NCBI GenBank assembly: GCA_965116175.1
Contig: OZ220490.1
Location: forward strand, 129,643 to 193,642
Length of the DNA: 64,000 bases
From: Bdellovibrionales bacterium
Lineage (GTDB): Bacteria > Bdellovibrionota > Bdellovibrionia > Bdellovibrionales > UBA1609
Direction of reading: 5' to 3'
A model generated the notes under the pieces. The model worked only from the letters and a program-made list of their open reading frames with translations, ran no database searches and had not been told where the DNA came from. Each line of letters begins with the position of its first letter. Position 1 is the first letter of the stretch. Positions 26,609 to 35,104 of this stretch are shown one piece after another. A program made the translations under genes and the position numbers.

Positions 26609-28356
26609 CAGTTTTTTTGTAATTTAAACTTTTTAAATAAAGCTCCCCCACATAAAAGCAGATGCAAAATAAGAAAGCCAAAAACATACTCCACTCCTCC
26701 TGAGCCAAAACCGTAAGAATGCAGTCCTGTTCCTAAAACAAAATTGACTCCATACCAGGCCATGATAATTGAAAAAAACATCATCACTGAGCCTATAGCC
26801 ATGCCAAAGGGTTGAATCCAGCCAACAAGTTTTCCATGAAGCAAAGCCAAGTAAGCCAAAAGGCTCACCAAGGCCCAAGACTCCTTAGGGTCCCATCCCC
26901 AAAAGCGCCCCCAGGAGTAATCGGCCCAAACTCCTCCCAAAATAGTTCCTCCTGCCAGAAAAACAACCCCCCATTGAATAGTTCGGTAAATAGGCGTATA
27001 CATTTTTTTGATTAAAGTCATAGGTTGGGATTTATTTGTAAGATAAGAAATCAAAGCTATATCTCCCAAAACGAAAGCCAGAAAAAAGAAGGAATAGCTC
27101 ATAGTGATAACAAGCACATGAGTTGTCAGCCAAAAAGAGGAATTTAGGACAGCTTCAAGAGGCTGTAGGCTTCCATCCAAAATATCTGGAGCCAGATTTG
27201 TGAGAAGCAGACAGAAAAAAGATAACAGAACACCAGCGATAAAAGGCAATTTGGAGCCTCTCAAATAAAAAACAAAGCCAGCAATAAGGGCCACCCAGGG
27301 AACCCAAACCACAGTTTCATACATATTGGAAACAGGAGGACGAGACATAATATATGAGCGGAGAAGCATCCCTAAACTATGACAGGCAAAACCAATGAAT
27401 ACAAAAGGAACAAACCATTTAAAAAAATGAAGTTGTTTTAAAGCATAGAGGCCAAGCACTGCCATTAAAAAGAGTAGGTAAAAAATCCAGGCCTTTTGAA
27501 AAGGTTTAAAACCATTATAAAAAACCTCTGTCTGAATCTTAAAAGATGGAAAGCTTAGTTGTGTTTTGTTTTTAAAAACAAAAGTTTGAAATTCCTCCAT
27601 TTGTTTTTTGAATTTTAATAAATGATCTGAAGCATGGATGCTTTGTGAGGGATCAACTTTTCCTAAAGAGTTTTTAAGCTGTTCAACACTTTCTTTATAA
27701 GGCTGTTCAGATTCTTTATTTTGTGTCACAGCGCTTTTGTTATGTAAAGGAAAAATATTTTTTGAAATTAACTGAACATAACTTGCAATGATTTGTTTAA
27801 ATTTTTTCTCAGCAGGTTTGGTCATCTCTGGGAGGGAAAGCCATGTTGTCTTATTTTCCTGAGGCTCAACTCGTATCAGCAAACCTGTTTTTAAAGCCAT
27901 GTAGAGAATCAGCCTTGTTTCCAGTTTTTCAAGATCTTGAAAATAGGAATCCAATCTCTCTTTTCTTTGCTTTAGAGATTTAAGCTCCACCATTTGTAAA
28001 GCCAGCTTTTTGTTGTTCTTTAATTCAGAGGGTTTAAAGTGTTTTTCTTTTACAGGCAAATCAAGAGACTTCTTAATGTCTTTTTGATCGATTAAAATTA
28101 ATTCTGTATTTTCCCAAAAGTCAGGAATAATAAGCCATGATAAAATCACATCTACAGCGGCTCGTTTTTTATAAGTCTCCCTGCCGTAGACTGTTCTTAA
28201 AACCTCACGGGAAAAGGTATCAAAAGGTTTAATTCTTCCTTGATACTGAACAGGCAAGGATTTCCAAATATTCTGCGCTTTAGGAATTTCCCCTTTTGAA
28301 CAGGAAATAAATCCAAATAAAAATAAAAGAATAAAGCTGTAAAAAATTCTATACAT
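26608..28356 (-). CDS. ccsBA: Cytochrome c biogenesis protein, fused CcsB/CcsA (System II)
   Basis: 582 aa. N-terminal ResB-like periplasmic region plus a polytopic C-terminus with the WWD motif VWADYSWGRFWGWDPKESW. Confidence 0.85.
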   Translation of the reverse strand: MYRIFYSFILLFLFGFISCSKGEIPKAQNIWKSLPVQYQGRIKPFDTFSREVLRTVYGRETYKKRAAVDVILSWLIIPDFWENTELILIDQKDIKKSLDLPVKEKHFKPSELKNNKKLALQMVELKSLKQRKERLDSYFQDLEKLETRLILYMALKTGLLIRVEPQENKTTWLSLPEMTKPAEKKFKQIIASYVQLISKNIFPLHNKSAVTQNKESEQPYKESVEQLKNSLGKVDPSQSIHASDHLLKFKKQMEEFQTFVFKNKTQLSFPSFKIQTEVFYNGFKPFQKAWIFYLLFLMAVLGLYALKQLHFFKWFVPFVFIGFACHSLGMLLRSYIMSRPPVSNMYETVVWVPWVALIAGFVFYLRGSKLPFIAGVLLSFFCLLLTNLAPDILDGSLQPLEAVLNSSFWLTTHVLVITMSYSFFFLAFVLGDIALISYLTNKSQPMTLIKKMYTPIYRTIQWGVVFLAGGTILGGVWADYSWGRFWGWDPKESWALVSLLAYLALLHGKLVGWIQPFGMAIGSVMMFFSIIMAWYGVNFVLGTGLHSYGFGSGGVEYVFGFLILHLLLCGGALFKKFKLQKN

Positions 28357-28453
28357 AGTTTATTTTTATACCATTTATTTTTAGATTCATTTTGTTTAGA
28401 CCTTCATATTTTCAGGATATGTATTTGTCAATAATGAATGGTGTATCAATGGG

Positions 28454-29047
28454 TTATCTCTTTTTTACAAGACCCCTTGTTTTTTTTAAAACTTGTATGC
28501 TTTTTGTTACAGGATCCAAATAAAGAGTCCAACGACCCTGGTTATCGGGTCTTAAAAACTGAAGCGCTGTTTCTTGAGCAAGTCCTTTGGGATAATAGTA
28601 AATATAGGCCAATCCTTCTGTTTTGTCTTCTTTCCACGGGGAGCTTTCCACTTTAGTAATACTCAAAAAGGGGAGGATGACTTGAGGCTCATCATAAAAA
28701 GAGCTGTCTATGATAAATCCAGAAATTTCTTCTTTACCTGTATCATCTTGTCTTTCTATTGTGGAAGAGGCATCATCCTTATCTTTTTTTGCTTGTTTTT
28801 TTTCCACCCAATATTTTTCCGGGCCATCAGCATCCAGCTGTATAACTAAACGATAAGTTTCATTATAAAACTTTGACAGCATAACCAATCTGCGATTTAA
28901 ACGAATGATTCTGTCAAAAGTGTTATTTATTTTTTGATCTCTCCTTGAAAATTTTTGTGCTGCAAGACCAAATAAAAAAGCAATTATAAAAAGAACAATA
29001 AGGACTTCAATAAGAGAAAAAGCTTTTGAAGATTTTAGAAAAACCAT
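28454..29047 (-). CDS. Type II secretion minor pseudopilin (GspH-like)
   Basis: N-terminal prepilin-type segment KAFSLIEVLIVLFIIAFLFGLAA. 197 aa, downstream of gspG. Confidence 0.65.
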   Translation of the reverse strand: MVFLKSSKAFSLIEVLIVLFIIAFLFGLAAQKFSRRDQKINNTFDRIIRLNRRLVMLSKFYNETYRLVIQLDADGPEKYWVEKKQAKKDKDDASSTIERQDDTGKEEISGFIIDSSFYDEPQVILPFLSITKVESSPWKEDKTEGLAYIYYYPKGLAQETALQFLRPDNQGRWTLYLDPVTKSIQVLKKTRGLVKKR

Positions 29048-29157
29048 ATTTTTAAAATCATTTAAATATTTCTAAAACCATCCCATCTGATTAATTAGTT
29101 CAAACAAATTGATTATTTGATCATTTTGAATGGATTGGGAAAAACAGGCTGAATAAA

Positions 29158-29622
29158 CTAATCTAAGGAGGATATGTCTTTATTAAAACGGCCACTTCCA
29201 CCGGGTTTTCTATCAGCCCCCCAACTGGTAATTGCATAATTGCCACTTTCTTCATCATATTCGTAAATAAAGTCTTTTCCCCAAGGATCTTTTGGTATTT
29301 TCCCATTTTTTAAATAAGGCTGTGGTCCCCATTCTTCGCAGTCAGAAGGCGCTGAGACCAAGTTCTCTAAGGCTTCCGGATAATAGCCACAGTCTAAGTT
29401 AAACTCCTCCATGGCTTGTTCAATAAGGCCAATTAAAATCTTTGTTTGATTGATTTGGCTTTTTTTCTTATTTTGATTAAAAGAGCGGGCTATCACAGAC
29501 ATAATGAAGGCTAAAATACTTACAACGATAAGCATCTCAATAAGGCTTAAACCTTTTTTACTAAATAAACCTTGAAATTTTCTTATTCTCATTTTCTTCT
29601 CCAGATAAAAAAAATTGACCAT
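29158..29622 (-). CDS. gspG: Type II secretion major pseudopilin GspG
   Basis: KKGLSLIEMLIVVSILAFIMSV ... IPKDPWGKDFIYEY ... SWGADRKPGG. Probable start is M11 at 29592. Confidence 0.85.
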   Translation of the reverse strand: MVNFFYLEKKMRIRKFQGLFSKKGLSLIEMLIVVSILAFIMSVIARSFNQNKKKSQINQTKILIGLIEQAMEEFNLDCGYYPEALENLVSAPSDCEEWGPQPYLKNGKIPKDPWGKDFIYEYDEESGNYAITSWGADRKPGGSGRFNKDISSLD

Positions 29623-29856
29623 TTGTGAAACATTGTAAGGGTATTTTTTTGCTTAAATTCATCTCCCAGTTTTTAGCCTTATAACCTTTAATCGTGGGCC
29701 ATTTCACAATTAGCGCAACCTATTTTATAGGACTATTCATGCTCATAGTCAAGGTAAGTTTTGCGATGCATTTTATTAAAAATAATTTTATAGTAATGAG
29801 GGGAATTTAACAAAGCAAATAATCATTGTGTATTAAATAAAGGTTATTATTTAAAC

Positions 29857-30213
29857 TTACAAACACTGTTCATCTATCCATTTTAAAAACTCTGTATGAG
29901 CATAAGAAAAAGAAATGGCGCAAAACCCAGGACATTCATAAGGATGTTTTTTTATCAGCTCTTCTGACATTTTTTTATAGAGGTGTTTTTTTGTTTTGCA
30001 AATCAGCGCCAGCTCAGGATTCTTTTGAAATTCTCCCTTCCAGTTGTAAAAGGATTTTCCTTGAGGAAAAACATTAGCGCAAGCGATGAGTTTTAAGGAC
30101 AAAAGATGACGACTGATGCTTTCCGCTGTCTCCTCATCAGGGACCATACAATAAATCAGTAAAAAGTCTCCTGGATTTATGCTGGCTTTGTCTGAATTTT
30201 CAGACCGTTTCAA
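29857..30213 (-). CDS. cutA: Divalent-cation tolerance protein CutA
   Basis: 118 aa. LIACANVFPQGKSFYNWKGEF...ALICKT...HPYECPGFCAI matches the CutA1 family. Confidence 0.85.
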   Translation of the reverse strand: MKRSENSDKASINPGDFLLIYCMVPDEETAESISRHLLSLKLIACANVFPQGKSFYNWKGEFQKNPELALICKTKKHLYKKMSEELIKKHPYECPGFCAISFSYAHTEFLKWIDEQCL

Positions 30214-30272
30214 TTTTAAGCTCCTTTTTTATTTTAGAATGTTTAATGTATTTGAAAAACTCATCTCCCAGT

Positions 30273-30292
30273 TATACTCATCCTGTTTGAAA
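30273..30292 (-). promoter_or_regulatory. Recurrent motif copy oriented toward cutA
   Basis: The minus strand reads TTTCAAACAGGATGAGTATA, about 60 nt upstream of the cutA start. Confidence 0.35.
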
Positions 30293-30385
30293 ATTCATGT
30301 TTTTTAGAAGAGAATGCATATAAAAACTCAACCCCGATCAGTATAAAATGATAACAGCTCAAAAATCAAACAGAATGGGTGTTTT

Positions 30386-30826
30386 TCAGGCAGAACAAAA
30401 ATGGGTGTCCTTTTTTAAAAATTCAAGGATTTTGTCTTTTCCAACAACAGCTTTATTTTTACCTTTTATTTTTAGACTGGGAGTGGCTAAAAGTTTATAG
30501 GTTTCGTAAAACTCATTAGGGGAACCAGAAAACATCTGATAGCCTGATTCAAAATCCTTCAACTTTTTTTGCATGGCAGGGATACTTTGTCCTGTGGCAA
30601 AAAAACCAATTTTAGAAGGAGAGGGTTTCTTGCCAGAGCAAAATTTTGTTAATTCAGTTAAAACTTCTGAACAGGAATGACAGCCTTGTGAAACGAGAAG
30701 CCAGTGTTTGTTTTCAGCATTTGCAGGCAATTCCTCCTTTTTTGTTTTTAAATTATAAATGGCTTCACTGGGGAAAGGAAGGATGAAAAAACACCAGACA
30801 AGCAAAAAGCGAAAAAGATAAAACAT
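30386..30826 (-). CDS. Secreted thioredoxin-fold-like protein (CHSC motif)
   Basis: Signal peptide followed by a CxxC (QGCHSCSEV). 146 aa. Family assignment is tentative. Confidence 0.5.
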   Translation of the reverse strand: MFYLFRFLLVWCFFILPFPSEAIYNLKTKKEELPANAENKHWLLVSQGCHSCSEVLTELTKFCSGKKPSPSKIGFFATGQSIPAMQKKLKDFESGYQMFSGSPNEFYETYKLLATPSLKIKGKNKAVVGKDKILEFLKKDTHFCSA

Positions 30827-30963
30827 ATAATTTTGTCTCCTTATAAAAAATATATATCAATTCTAGTGACATTTTAAGTTAAATTTAATAAAAAATAAAG
30901 TTAAAAAAGTAAAGCCTTTTAAATACCAGCGCTTTTCAAAAAATTGAGAAAGATATTAAGAAT

Positions 30964-31959
30964 ATGGATTCAGATAATCTGAAGGTCACAGTGGCCTTGG
31001 TTTGCTATCAGGAAAAAGAGAAGCTGGCTTATGTTTTGGAAGATATAAGAAGTCAATCTGCTTTTGAAAAAATAGGGGAAGTCCTAATTTTTCAAAATGG
31101 GACTTGCAAGCAAACATTGAGGACTGCTGAGAGTTTTCTGGATAAATTGCCACTTAAAATCTTTTCGTCATCTTCAAATAATCTTGGCCTTGCAAGAGCT
31201 GTTCTTGTCAATAAGGCTCTTTATGAGTTGATTGCTTGGACAGACAGTGATTGCGGTTTACCTAAAATCTGGCTGGAAAAACTGCTTTTTCATTGGAGGA
31301 GTGAACAAGCCAATAATATCATGGCTATAGGTGGGCCCAATATTTTGCCGGCTAAAAAACTCTGGCAAAAAACTCTCAATTTAAGTCTTTCTCACCCTTT
31401 AGGACATGGTTGGTCACCTCAAGCTTGGAAGGTGACAAAAAAAACACAGGTTTCTCATATTCCTACCACCAATGGCCTGTTTTTAAAAAAGGCAGTCTTA
31501 TCAGCTGGGAATTTTGCCAAGAAGCATCAAAGAGCAGGGGAGGACTTGGATTTAGGGCTTCGTTTAAAACAGAAAGGCCAGCTTATTTTATTTCCCAGTC
31601 CTGTTGTCATAAACAATTATGCCAAAAATTACTTTGAAAGTTTAAAAAGGTTATTTATTTTTGGTGAAACAAGGAGAACTTATATTAACCTTTTATTTTA
31701 TCCCAGTTTTTTGTTTTTCCCTTTATTTGTAAGCTGTTTGATTTTGGCTTTTTTTTACATTTATTTTCTGTTATTACCGGCTCTTTACTTCCTGTTTTTA
31801 ATTTTAGTGAGTTTGTTTATAGGAGTAAAAAGCGGAAAAAGGATAAGCCTGTTTCTTCCTGCGTTTTGGTTTCTTCAGCACCTGTTTTACTCTATGGGGA
31901 CAGTTTTTGGAGTGTTTTTAAAAATTTTTAGTCAATTGTCTAAAACCATGAAGAAATAA
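30964..31959 (+). CDS. Family-2 glycosyltransferase with a C-terminal TM region
   Basis: VALVCYQEKE...WTDSDC... is a GT2-like N-terminal domain, followed by 3-4 hydrophobic helices. Confidence 0.7.
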   Translation: MDSDNLKVTVALVCYQEKEKLAYVLEDIRSQSAFEKIGEVLIFQNGTCKQTLRTAESFLDKLPLKIFSSSSNNLGLARAVLVNKALYELIAWTDSDCGLPKIWLEKLLFHWRSEQANNIMAIGGPNILPAKKLWQKTLNLSLSHPLGHGWSPQAWKVTKKTQVSHIPTTNGLFLKKAVLSAGNFAKKHQRAGEDLDLGLRLKQKGQLILFPSPVVINNYAKNYFESLKRLFIFGETRRTYINLLFYPSFLFFPLFVSCLILAFFYIYFLLLPALYFLFLILVSLFIGVKSGKRISLFLPAFWFLQHLFYSMGTVFGVFLKIFSQLSKTMKK

Positions 31960-32191
31960 AGCTGTTTACTGGCAGCATAAAAATAATTTTACAAAACAGT
32001 ATATTTCATCTATAATTTAAAGAAGTTTAGGTTTTTATCTTTTGGATTGTAATTGTATTAAGTCAATAAAGAGATTCAAAAAAAAAATAGCTCATTCATC
32101 TGATATATCCTTTACTCAATAAAAGGGTCATTGTTTTTCTCAAATGAAATTTTAAAATAAAAAACTATGGTTAATTTCAGGATCAAACAGA

Positions 32192-33124
32192 ATGCACATT
32201 ACAAAGACTTTAAAACATTTTCTTGATAGAAAAACTATTCTTAAAAACAGATATGTTTTTCATATTTCCCTTCTTGTAATTCTTATTGTTTTGGATCAAT
32301 TCAGTAAATATCTTGCCTTACAGTATTTATCCTTTTCTGAAGGGAGTTTTCTTGGTTTTTCTCTGAATGTTATAGAAAATTACAGTTTTATTTTTGGCTT
32401 TTTGAATATTGGTTCAGGGAATATAGTTTTTAGCACAGTTATTACAGCTATTTTTTGTCTTTTTCTTTTTTACTACATTATTTCATTAATTTTTATTCCT
32501 AGATATTTTTATTATTTACAGATAGGTGTAACGGTTTTATTTGCCGGATTTGCAGGAAATGCATTGAATAAAATCATAAACGGTTATGTTATTGATTTTT
32601 TAAGATGGTCCCCCTATAGGACTTTAAACATTCATTTTAATTTGGCTGATATTTTTCAAACAGTGGCCTGGTTATTTATTTTGTCACAAATTCTTGTTTT
32701 TAGGAAGCATATCTGGAGAGAAAACGAGAAAAGAAAACAGCTGATTATTATAAAATCCTATCAGCTTCAGTTTATTGGCTACTCTGTGTTAGGCTTTATT
32801 TGTTTATCTGTTTTTTTTCTTCTTCTCAACTACCAGTTTCTAGAATTTATTAAGATTGAAAGTTTTACTAATATCAATCAAATTGATGCTTCTTTTTTAA
32901 AGTATTCTCTTTTCATGCTGTTCTTGTTTTGTTTACTTATTGCTTTTTTCTTTCTTTATCTTTCAAACAAAATTTATGGCCCTCTTTATGCATTTCAAAG
33001 ATATATAGAAGCCTTGCTTAATGGGGAAAAACCGGAGGATTTAAAAGTTAGAAAAGATGATCAACTCAAACATTTAGAGGATTTAGCCAGGGATATAAAA
33101 AAGAGCTTGGAAAAATCAAATTAA
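32192..33124 (+). CDS. LspA (signal peptidase II)-like domain fused to 2 TM plus a HAMP-like tail
   Basis: LspA blocks are present: VLDQFSKY, AGNALNKIINGYVIDF, HFNLADIF. The C-terminus PLYAFQRYIEALLNGEKPEDLKVRKDDQLKHLEDLARDI is HAMP-like. Confidence 0.6.
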   Translation: MHITKTLKHFLDRKTILKNRYVFHISLLVILIVLDQFSKYLALQYLSFSEGSFLGFSLNVIENYSFIFGFLNIGSGNIVFSTVITAIFCLFLFYYIISLIFIPRYFYYLQIGVTVLFAGFAGNALNKIINGYVIDFLRWSPYRTLNIHFNLADIFQTVAWLFILSQILVFRKHIWRENEKRKQLIIIKSYQLQFIGYSVLGFICLSVFFLLLNYQFLEFIKIESFTNINQIDASFLKYSLFMLFLFCLLIAFFFLYLSNKIYGPLYAFQRYIEALLNGEKPEDLKVRKDDQLKHLEDLARDIKKSLEKSN

Positions 33125-33151
33125 ATAAAATCAGTATATTTTTTAAACCTT

Positions 33152-33958
33152 TTAAGGGAGGCTGATGATTTGTTGAACAAGATTTTCTTCCGACCATTTT
33201 CTGGCTCCCAGCTCTTTTATTTTTAAAATGCCTTGTTTATTGAAAATATAAGTGACCGGAAGGGAATCTTCCGGGAAGAGTTGTTGTTTATCTTTTTCAT
33301 CCACTTGAGCTATTTTAAGATGGGGGCTGAGATCAGAAAAAGATTGAGCTAAAAAATTTTTGATGGTTTGTGTGGGTTCAGCACTTATGGCCACAACAAA
33401 AATTTTATCTTTGTTATTTTCAGCCAAAAGAGAAAGAGAGGGCAGCTCTTCTATACAAGGGGGACACCAGCTCGCCCAAAAGTTGATGACAAGGATTTTT
33501 TCCCCTCTCAAACAATAAAGATCAATTATATTGTTCTCAATATCTTTAAACAACCAGTCTATAGGGGTATTCATAAGCTGTGTAATTTTATAGATTCTTT
33601 TTGAAGCTTTCACATTTTTGAAGTTTGCTTGATTATTAACAGATACTTCCCTACAAGAGCTTTTTATGGTCTTAACACCCTGGGTTCTTTTGAACATGTT
33701 TTCTTTTTCAGAAAATAAAAGAAATATAGACACTAAACCAAAAAATAGGATAGTGAGTAGAAGAATTGTTAACAAAGCCGCTTGGTTTTTTTTTGAAAGA
33801 TATTTCATTGAGTATACACTATAACAAATGTATACAGCAAAGAAATGGCAGTATGTCAATTTTATAGAGAAAGGTTTATAGGCAGCAGCTGTTTTCTTTT
33901 CTCTCCGTAGACAATTTATAAAAATAAGAGTTAAAGTATGAAAACCCTCTTTTGGCAT
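33152..33958 (-). CDS. TlpA/ResA-like thiol:disulfide oxidoreductase
   Basis: VINFWASWCPPCIEELP is the thioredoxin active site, after one TM. Probable start is M51 at 33808. Confidence 0.8.
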   Translation of the reverse strand: MPKEGFHTLTLIFINCLRREKKTAAAYKPFSIKLTYCHFFAVYICYSVYSMKYLSKKNQAALLTILLLTILFFGLVSIFLLFSEKENMFKRTQGVKTIKSSCREVSVNNQANFKNVKASKRIYKITQLMNTPIDWLFKDIENNIIDLYCLRGEKILVINFWASWCPPCIEELPSLSLLAENNKDKIFVVAISAEPTQTIKNFLAQSFSDLSPHLKIAQVDEKDKQQLFPEDSLPVTYIFNKQGILKIKELGARKWSEENLVQQIISLP

Positions 33959-34056
33959 GAGGTTTTTTCTTTAAACACTTTGTTCATTTGCCTTATTGAT
34001 ATAACGCTATGTTCAGATTGGCGGATTTCTAAAAAAGCTGATATGAAGTTTATATC

Positions 34057-34076
34057 TATACTGATCGGGTTTGATT
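34057..34076 (-). promoter_or_regulatory. Recurrent motif copy oriented toward 33152..33958
   Basis: The minus strand reads AATCAAACCCGATCAGTATA. It is divergent from the copy at 34111. Confidence 0.35.
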
Positions 34077-34110
34077 TTTATATGTATTTTCTTGTATAAA
34101 AGCATGGATT

Positions 34111-34130
34111 TTCAAACAGGGTGAGTATAT
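34111..34130 (+). promoter_or_regulatory. Recurrent motif copy oriented toward the 34158 methyltransferase
   Basis: TTCAAACAGGGTGAGTATAT, about 30 nt upstream of the ORF start. Confidence 0.35.
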
Positions 34131-34157
34131 TTTAAAAACCTCCTGTGTAGGTGAAAA

Positions 34158-35033
34158 TTGGAAATTCAATCTGTGAATAAACAGCAAACAAAAAAACAAA
34201 AAAACAGTCACAATGCTAAAAAAGAGGCTTATTTAAGGAGAAGCGCTGGGGGGAAATGTTATTTTCATCATGACGATCTTCTTATATACAAGGATGACTT
34301 TCTTAAAATAAAGAAAATTCAAAAATCATCAGTAGATCTTATTGTAACCTCACCTCCCTATAATGTTGATATTCACTACAATTCCCATAGAGATACTTTG
34401 TCTTATAAAGAATATCTGGAGTTTACTGAAAAGTGGATTTCACAATGCTATAACCTTGCTAAGGATGATGGAAGGTTTTGTCTGAATATTCCTCTTGATA
34501 AAAACAAAGGGGGGCAGCAGTCCGTTTGCGCAGACATTACAACTCTAGCTAAAAAAGCAGGATGGAAATACCATTCCACCATTATCTGGAATGAAGGCAA
34601 TATTTCTCGCCGGACAGCTTGGGGTTCTTGGATGTCAGCCTCTGCCCCTTATGTTATTGCTCCTATTGAAGTTATTGTTGTTTTCTATAAAAAACAATGG
34701 AAGAAAATGGCCAGCAAAAAAACAAATGATATTACAAGGCAGGAATTTATGGATTGGACTAACGGTGTTTGGACTTTCTCCGGACAAAATAAAAAAGGGG
34801 CTGGAGGCCACCCTGCTCCTTTTCCTGTTGAATTGGCAAGACGGTGTATAAAACTGTTCAGCTTTGTAGGTGACACTGTTTTTGATCCTTTTCTTGGGAG
34901 TGGCTCAACATTAATTGCTTCCTATTTAAACCAAAGAAAAGGAATTGGAGTGGATATTGATAAATCGTATTGTGATATTGCTGTTAAACGTTTAGAAAAA
35001 GAAAAAGGTGTTTATAAAATAAGGGCGATTTAA
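34158..35033 (+). CDS. Beta-class N4/N6 DNA methyltransferase (SPPY type), orphan in a core context
   Basis: IVTSPPYNVD precedes FDPFLGSGST. No nuclease is adjacent. Confidence 0.85.
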   Translation: MEIQSVNKQQTKKQKNSHNAKKEAYLRRSAGGKCYFHHDDLLIYKDDFLKIKKIQKSSVDLIVTSPPYNVDIHYNSHRDTLSYKEYLEFTEKWISQCYNLAKDDGRFCLNIPLDKNKGGQQSVCADITTLAKKAGWKYHSTIIWNEGNISRRTAWGSWMSASAPYVIAPIEVIVVFYKKQWKKMASKKTNDITRQEFMDWTNGVWTFSGQNKKGAGGHPAPFPVELARRCIKLFSFVGDTVFDPFLGSGSTLIASYLNQRKGIGVDIDKSYCDIAVKRLEKEKGVYKIRAI

Positions 35034-35104
35034 AATGTAAAATAACAACTATAACCCCACTGAGTAAAACATTAGTAAAATTAAGGAAAAATAATTAAAA
35101 CATC

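Larger units (their letters stand above)
26341..26696 (-). repeat. 89-bp tandem array: the ccsBA 3' end plus three extra copies
   Basis: Units at 26341-26429 and 26430-26518 are identical; 26519-26607 differs by 3 substitutions. The genuine gene end (26608-26696) is more diverged and 1 nt shorter in the homologous stretch. Confidence 0.9.
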
